NCBI GenBank assembly: GCA_965200315.1
Contig: OZ241362.1
Span: forward strand, 4,576,001-4,640,000
Length of the DNA stretch: 64,000 nt
Reading direction: 5' to 3'
DNA from: Candidatus Latescibacterota bacterium
GTDB taxonomy: Bacteria; Latescibacterota; UBA2968; UBA8231
Part shown: positions 58,560 through 64,000 of the stretch, piece after piece
Position numbering within the stretch: position 1 is the stretch's first letter
Layout: each line of letters opens with the position of its first letter
The notes under the pieces: model-generated
Databases searched by the model: none
What the model was told of the DNA's origin: nothing
The model's input: the letters and a program-made list of their open reading frames with translations, nothing else
Position numbers and translations under genes: made by a program

Positions 58560-58787
58560 TCATCGGTCTAAGGAGCGATGCACGGCTTCCTTGTCGGAGA
58601 GATTGACGCGTGCGCCCATCGGCTTTGCGATCCAGACCGGAGGCGCAGTGGGGGTGGGGGCAGCGTCCTCCTTCAGCGCACGCGCCAGCAGGTCGGATGC
58701 GAGCCGGCCCAAGGACTTGCCTTCCTTGGTTTGGAGCCGCTTCAACTCCCGGAGGACTGGATCGTCGATATCGAGTGTCGTTCTCAT
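58560..58787 (-). CDS. vapB: VapB-type RHH antitoxin
   Basis: MRTTLDIDDPVL...KSLG..ASDLL; directly upstream of vapC; AGGAG RBS. Confidence 0.88.
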   Translation of the reverse strand: MRTTLDIDDPVLRELKRLQTKEGKSLGRLASDLLARALKEDAAPTPTAPPVWIAKPMGARVNLSDKEAVHRSLDR

Positions 58788-58858
58788 GGGATGCTCCTGT
58801 TATATACATCAAATGATAATATATTTGATGCGGTGATGCAAAGAACGGCACGACTGCA

Positions 58859-59212
58859 TCACTCTACCTCTTTGAGCAGGGGGCCGTCCGAGTCGCTGGG
58901 ATTGTAGGGAAAGTGAGGGACGCCGGCGGGAATACAAATAAAGTCGCCGCTGTTGATGGCTACATGCTCCTCCAGTTGCTCGCCATACCACATTCCAGCT
59001 TGGCCGCTAATGACATAAATAGCGGTTTCGTGGTTTTCGTGCAGGTGGGCCTTGGCCCGTTTTTTAGGAGGCATGTTCAGCAGGTGTAGGCAAATCCCCT
59101 GCGAGCCGGTAGTCTCGGCGGCGATCCCTGAGACATAGGTGAGAGCCTGTTTGCCTTCGTAGGTTCCGCGGCGGCGAATCACTTTGCAGGTTGGCTTGGG
59201 GTGCTCTGACAT
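58859..59212 (-). CDS. Cupin protein, apparently C-terminally truncated
   Basis: AHLHENHETAIYVISG, GDFICIPAGVPHFPYNPS. Confidence 0.75.
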   Translation of the reverse strand: MSEHPKPTCKVIRRRGTYEGKQALTYVSGIAAETTGSQGICLHLLNMPPKKRAKAHLHENHETAIYVISGQAGMWYGEQLEEHVAINSGDFICIPAGVPHFPYNPSDSDGPLLKEVE

Positions 59213-59382
59213 TGTTTTCCTCTGTGAGCTTGGAGTAAAAGGGTACGGGCCAGATCGACATCCGAATCTTCCCGCGCATCGCCGCGAGCGCGAGAGCCGA
59301 AGAGGATCACCTGCTCGGGATCAACCTCGGTGACGATGGCTTGGATCATCTGGTCGAGAAGATCGTCGGTAACTTGTGGCAT
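59179..59382 (-). pseudogene. Truncated MNT nucleotidyltransferase
   Basis: VDPEQVILFGSRARGDAREDSDVDL then loses similarity. Confidence 0.72.
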
Positions 59383-59432
59383 TCCTCTACCTCGCGGATC
59401 ATATCTGCCGGGTCCTAGCGCCAACTCTCCAC

Positions 59433-62030
59433 TCAAGACGCCAACCCGTCGAGCAGGTACTGCTGTATCCGCTCGAGTTCCTCGCGGTTGGCAATTTTTT
59501 GCCCCTCGGCATTGACGATGTAGAAGGCGTCTTGCGCCCGCGCCGCCACCGTATTGATAATGGCGCGGTGGATGTCGAGTTCCAACTCGTCGAGCAGGTA
59601 CGCGATTCTGTACAGCAGGCCCACGGTATCTTGGGCTTCGATATCGACGACCGTGTAGCGGGCTGAAATGTGATTGTCGAACGCAATGCGCGGCGGCTGA
59701 TCGTACTGCCGCTGCCGACGGCGGCGGTCCCAACTGCTGCTGTAGCGCGCTATCAAGTCGCGGGCCTTCAGCCGCAGCGAAATAACCTCGGCTACTCGCT
59801 CGTGCATGCGCTCCTTCTTCCAGTCGGGCAGCACCGGACTGCCGTCGATGTTGGTCACCTGAAAAATGTCGAGCACCACATCGTCGGCGCGGGTATTTAC
59901 ATCCGCGCGGAGAATGTTGATGTCGTTGACGGCCAAGGCACCGCAGATTTTGGCCATGATCTGGCGCTGGTCGCGGGTGCAGATGACGATCTCAGTGTGC
60001 CCTTCGTGCTCGATGAATTCCAAGACAAAAGGCTGCTCCCGGCTCAGGCGGGCGATCATCTCCAGATGTACCTTGATCTGTGTGCGATTGTAGGCCACCA
60101 AATAGCTGGGGGATAGCTGATCGATGTGCTCTTGGAACTGGACGACGCGCTGGGCCGGCCAGTGGCCTTCGATGTGATCGAGGTGCTCGTCGAGTTTCTG
60201 GCGTACGCGCTGTTTGGCCTCTAGGGCCTCCCGGTCCGAGTGTAGTTGCTCGGCCGTCTTGTAGTACAATTCCCACAGCAAGGCTCCTTGCCAGTCGGTC
60301 CATGCGTCGGGCGCAACCGCCGACAGGTCGGCGTATGAAACCAAGTAGAGAGCACGCAGCCATTCCGCGTTGGCGAAGAGCCTGGCGAACTCGGCGATCA
60401 TCTCGTAGTCGTCGAGATTGCGCCGCCTAGAGATCAGGACCATGTCTTGGTGGTGCTCCACGAGGAAGCGCAGCATGGCCCGCTCCTCTGGAGACAGCCC
60501 CATCCGCTCGCTCAGCTCCTCGGTCATCTCAATGCCGCGCGTGATGTGGTCGTCGCGCTTCCACTTGCCCACGTCATGCAAGAGCACGGCGAAGAACAAC
60601 AGGTCGCGGCGCGTGCATTGGGCGAGGATCGCCGACATGGCCCCTTCCTGCTGACCAAGAGTTTCCAAATTTTCCAGCGCGACCAGCGTGTGCTCATCGA
60701 CCGTGTAAATGTGGTAAATGTCGTATTGGACCAAACAGGTCAGCCGCCCGAACTCAGGCAAGTACGCGCCCAAGACGCCTAGGTCGTGCATGCGCCGGAG
60801 GGTGCGCGCTGTGTGGTATTTGCGCTTGAGTATCTTGAGGAACAAGTCGCGGGCCGCTGGCCGGCGTCTGAATGCGTCGTCGATCAACGGCAGACTAGCG
60901 CGCACCGCGCACTGGGCTTGATCGCTCAACTCCAAGTTCTTGGTCTGAGCCGTGAGGAAAATTTTTAGCAGGCGCAGGGGATCGGCGGCAAAGTACGCTT
61001 CATCGTTAGCGAGGACGATCTCCCCTTCCACCGCAGCTACGCCGCGCTCTAGATACATGCTGCGGCTGCTGTTGCGCGGCTTGTGAGTCAGCCGCTCGAA
61101 GGCCCGTTCTACTAGGTGGTACACGGTGCGCGCATGGAGGTAGTAATCGCGCATAAAGCACTCAGCCGCCAGCTCGTGTCCCTCGTCATAGCCCAAGGCC
61201 GCCGCGATCTGCGGCTTGAGGTCGTGCTCTAGCACGTCGCGCTTGCGGCCCACGGCAAAGTGGAGCGCGTGTCGCACCCGCCAGAGAAAGGCGCGGCTGC
61301 GGGCGAGACTGTCCCTACCGCCATCGAGATACTGGGCATACAAATCGCCGCAGTCAGCCGTTTTGACCTTGGCCTTGAGTGCCCATTCAAACATCTGTAT
61401 CTCGCGCAGACCCCCGGGACTTTCCTTGACATTCGGCTCTAAAAGCTGAACCGATTGCCGCGCTTCGTGCTGCTGCTGGCGCAGCCGATTCAGCTCGGCG
61501 ACCGTGCGCTTGGGCACGCGCTTGTAGAGCCGATTTTGGAACTGGGCGAAAAGCGCGGCGTCGCCGGCCAGCAGGCGGCCGTCCATCATCGCGGTGCGCG
61601 ATTCCAGATCTTCGCGCACTGCCCGAACCACATCGTCTAGCGTGCGACTGCTGTGCCCCACCTCAAACCCCAAGTCCCACAGCGGATTGAACACACCAGC
61701 GACGACTGCGGGCACTTTGTCTTGGCTCTTGGCGAACAGGAACAGCAAGTCAACGTCAGAGTGCGGTGCCATTTCGCAGCGGCCGTACCCGCCTAGCGCC
61801 ACCAGCGCGTGCGGACCGGCCGTCTGGGGCATGGCGCTCTGGTAGATAGACAGCACCACCGCGTCCATAGCCTCGGCGATCCGCCGGGCTACTACCTGCC
61901 CATCGGCCCCGGCTTGGTGCTCGGCTTCAATGCTTGCAAGGGCCTCGCTCCACAGCGGTCGCAGGGCTTCTCCCATCGGTGCGCGAGGCATCTCTTTCAG
62001 CGATTCGGCAAATGTTTCTACAAATCCCAT
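59433..62030 (-). CDS. glnD: [Protein-PII] uridylyltransferase/uridylyl-removing enzyme
   Basis: ALGGYGR..PHSDVD, EPNVKESPGGLR, YHIYTVDEHT, LLHDVGK, two ACT domains. Confidence 0.96.
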   Translation of the reverse strand: MGFVETFAESLKEMPRAPMGEALRPLWSEALASIEAEHQAGADGQVVARRIAEAMDAVVLSIYQSAMPQTAGPHALVALGGYGRCEMAPHSDVDLLFLFAKSQDKVPAVVAGVFNPLWDLGFEVGHSSRTLDDVVRAVREDLESRTAMMDGRLLAGDAALFAQFQNRLYKRVPKRTVAELNRLRQQQHEARQSVQLLEPNVKESPGGLREIQMFEWALKAKVKTADCGDLYAQYLDGGRDSLARSRAFLWRVRHALHFAVGRKRDVLEHDLKPQIAAALGYDEGHELAAECFMRDYYLHARTVYHLVERAFERLTHKPRNSSRSMYLERGVAAVEGEIVLANDEAYFAADPLRLLKIFLTAQTKNLELSDQAQCAVRASLPLIDDAFRRRPAARDLFLKILKRKYHTARTLRRMHDLGVLGAYLPEFGRLTCLVQYDIYHIYTVDEHTLVALENLETLGQQEGAMSAILAQCTRRDLLFFAVLLHDVGKWKRDDHITRGIEMTEELSERMGLSPEERAMLRFLVEHHQDMVLISRRRNLDDYEMIAEFARLFANAEWLRALYLVSYADLSAVAPDAWTDWQGALLWELYYKTAEQLHSDREALEAKQRVRQKLDEHLDHIEGHWPAQRVVQFQEHIDQLSPSYLVAYNRTQIKVHLEMIARLSREQPFVLEFIEHEGHTEIVICTRDQRQIMAKICGALAVNDINILRADVNTRADDVVLDIFQVTNIDGSPVLPDWKKERMHERVAEVISLRLKARDLIARYSSSWDRRRRQRQYDQPPRIAFDNHISARYTVVDIEAQDTVGLLYRIAYLLDELELDIHRAIINTVAARAQDAFYIVNAEGQKIANREELERIQQYLLDGLAS

Positions 62031-62106
62031 AGCTTTTCCAAATCCACTAAATATACGGCGAAGTCGAGCGCAAAAAAGCCCTCTGCGTTGAGCAACTTAA
62101 ATTGTC

Positions 62107-62157
62107 TTGACAGATGGAAATACTGCTTATACTTTTGTTTGGTATATAGAACAAAAG
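62107..62157 (+). promoter_or_regulatory. Sigma70 promoter with overlapping palindromic operator
   Basis: TTGACA (62107-12), 17 bp, TACTTT (62130-35); palindrome CTTTTGTT-N10-AACAAAAG (62132-57). Confidence 0.65.
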
Positions 62158-62229
62158 ATTATAAAAGAAAACTTTGGTTCTATTAACAGAAAATATGTAA
62201 TGGTGATACAACGGCCTTCCACCCAATCC

Positions 62230-63486
62230 ATGCGACGCGCACCTAATAGACTCTATCTTCATATTTTTCAGCTAGTTATCCTTCTTATCTTTCTTTCCTT
62301 ACAAGGCGCAGTCGCCTCCACAAGGCCGTCCTTGCATCTAGAAGGGTACGGCGAGATGCTCTATTCCCACTTTGATTTCGGCCCCGACCAGAAAAGCGGG
62401 CCTCACGGTTCTCCCCCGGACAGCCGCGCCATCATCGACATCACTCGCCTCGCGCTCGAACTAGAAGTCGAGTTGCTCAAAAATATCGAGCTGGAAGCCG
62501 AGGTGGAATTTGAGCACGGCGGCACTGGTGCGGCGCTGGCATTGGAGTTTGAGGAATTCGGCGAGTTTGAGCAGGAAATCGAAAAAGGCGGCGAAGTCGT
62601 CGTCGAAGAGCTGGCTGTCGAGCGAACCTTCAGCGATGCCTTCCGCGTCCGCTTGGGGCATTTCTACGTCGCCGTGGGCCACTTGAGCCATCGCTTCCAT
62701 CCCGCGGATTTCTTCGGCTCCCGGCGCTCGGAAGCCGAGACTTCTATCATCCCGGCTCTCTGGCACGAGACCGGTGTGGAAGTCGCCGGAGCCCATCGGG
62801 GCTGGCGCTACCAGCTACAGCTAGTCAACGGCTTGGATGCGACCGGTTTCAGCTCGCAAAACTGGATTGTCGGCGGCCACCAAAAGCGCTTTGAGACGAT
62901 TCAGGCGACCAATATGGCTTGGGTCGCTCGCCTCGATTATGAGTTCGCTCCGCACTGTGTGCTGGGTATTTCCGGCTATCGCGGCGATAGCGCCGACAAC
63001 CGCCCCAAGCCCGATATGGAAGGCATTGACGCGCACGTCTCCCTCGTCGATGTACACGGCAGCTTCGATCGGGGGCGGGTCCGCATGCGAGGGCTATATC
63101 TCTATGGACATCTGCAAAATGCCGCCCTCGTCAGCGCCCGCAACCGCACCCTATCGAACAACCTCGACGTCTTGCGCTCGCCGGTAGCCCGAAAGGCGTA
63201 TGCGGCCTTCGCCGAAGTCGGCTACGACGTCCTGCCTTGGCTGGCCGCTTCCTCGCCCGACCGCTTGGACTTGTTCATCCGCTTGGACGCATACGACAGC
63301 ATGGCCGCGGTCCCGGACGAGACGTTTGACAATCCGCGCTTTGCGCGCCGGGTCTATACCTTGGGCGCAAACTACAACATGGAAGAAACCGTAGTGCTCA
63401 AAGCCGATTACGCCATGCGGCGGCTAGGTGCCGCTCGCTTTAACCCTGAAAACACCCTGAGCTTGGGGCTGGGATTTCAGTTCTAG
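62230..63486 (+). CDS. Outer-membrane porin-like beta-barrel of imelysin-associated metal-uptake loci
   Basis: GYGE, EVEFEHGG, GGEVVVE, IIPALWHETG, C-terminal LGFQF; start uncertain. Confidence 0.8.
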   Translation: MRRAPNRLYLHIFQLVILLIFLSLQGAVASTRPSLHLEGYGEMLYSHFDFGPDQKSGPHGSPPDSRAIIDITRLALELEVELLKNIELEAEVEFEHGGTGAALALEFEEFGEFEQEIEKGGEVVVEELAVERTFSDAFRVRLGHFYVAVGHLSHRFHPADFFGSRRSEAETSIIPALWHETGVEVAGAHRGWRYQLQLVNGLDATGFSSQNWIVGGHQKRFETIQATNMAWVARLDYEFAPHCVLGISGYRGDSADNRPKPDMEGIDAHVSLVDVHGSFDRGRVRMRGLYLYGHLQNAALVSARNRTLSNNLDVLRSPVARKAYAAFAEVGYDVLPWLAASSPDRLDLFIRLDAYDSMAAVPDETFDNPRFARRVYTLGANYNMEETVVLKADYAMRRLGAARFNPENTLSLGLGFQF

Positions 63487-63566
63487 AAAACATTCACAGT
63501 GAAACCGGGCACTGGTGGAAGTCGCCTGTGCGCTCGCTTTCAATTTTGACTAAAGGAGCTGACCTT

Positions 63567-64000
63567 ATGAAAGCCACACTCTTGCGACTGAGGAGCGGAC
63601 TAGCCGCTTGCAGCTTGCTGCTAGTTGCCGGCTGCGGCGACGACAGCGACGCGCCCACCGGGCCAGCCGCGGCCGGGTTCGACTTTGGCCCCATCTTGAG
63701 CAACTTCACCGACCAAGTCATCATTGCCACGTACGCGGACTTGGACGAGCGGGCCGGCGAACTGCTTGCCGCAGTCGAAGCCCTGAGCAGCGATTCTACG
63801 CCCGAAAACCTCAGTGCTGCCCGCAACGCTTGGGTGGCCACGCGCATCCCCTGGGAAGCCAGCGAGGGATTTCTCTTCGGGCCGGTGGATTTCAACGGCT
63901 ACGATCCAGCGCTCGACAGTTGGCCGGTCAACCGCACGGACTTGGACGGAGTATTGGCCAGCGACAACGACTTGACGACCGCGTACGTGAACAGTCTGGA
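63567..64000 (+). CDS. Imelysin-family (peptidase M75-like) lipoprotein, partial
   Basis: AAAGGAG RBS; lipobox LVAGC; ARNAW...R.PWEASEGFLFGPV...DPALDSWP; runs off window end. Confidence 0.88.
   Translation, partial: MKATLLRLRSGLAACSLLLVAGCGDDSDAPTGPAAAGFDFGPILSNFTDQVIIATYADLDERAGELLAAVEALSSDSTPENLSAARNAWVATRIPWEASEGFLFGPVDFNGYDPALDSWPVNRTDLDGVLASDNDLTTAYVNSL

Overview
GC-rich bacterial chromosomal window, mostly catabolic genes. Paralog-rich families (PhyH dioxygenases, enolase-superfamily dehydratases, aldo/keto reductases, Gfo/Idh/MocA, lactonases, cupins), a form II-type cox cluster and secreted proteins with FlgD-Ig/T9SS-like C-terminal domains suggest an FCB-group organism such as Latescibacterota (inference only). 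The main discovery is a gene the ORF track splits. 7977..9116 reads through an in-frame TGA (8160-8162) to give a signal-peptide redoxin with a U-S-A-C (UxxC) motif, followed directly by a bacterial SECIS-like hairpin. The redoxin is fused through an acidic 9-nt-repeat stalk to a C-terminal sorting-type domain. It lies beside a DUF6029-like outer-membrane protein (C-terminal CxxGxC) and a TlpA thioredoxin, suggesting a cell-surface selenol/thiol redox system. Also notable: an IS1595-family transposon with perfect 23-bp IRs that carries a half-HsdS gene and splits an N4-C-type DNA methyltransferase; a HicB-VapB chimeric antitoxin paired with VapC; an IS5/IS1031-type MITE; and several deletion or rearrangement scars. 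No rRNA, tRNA or CRISPR array was recognised. All family calls are from motif recognition by eye, with no database search.
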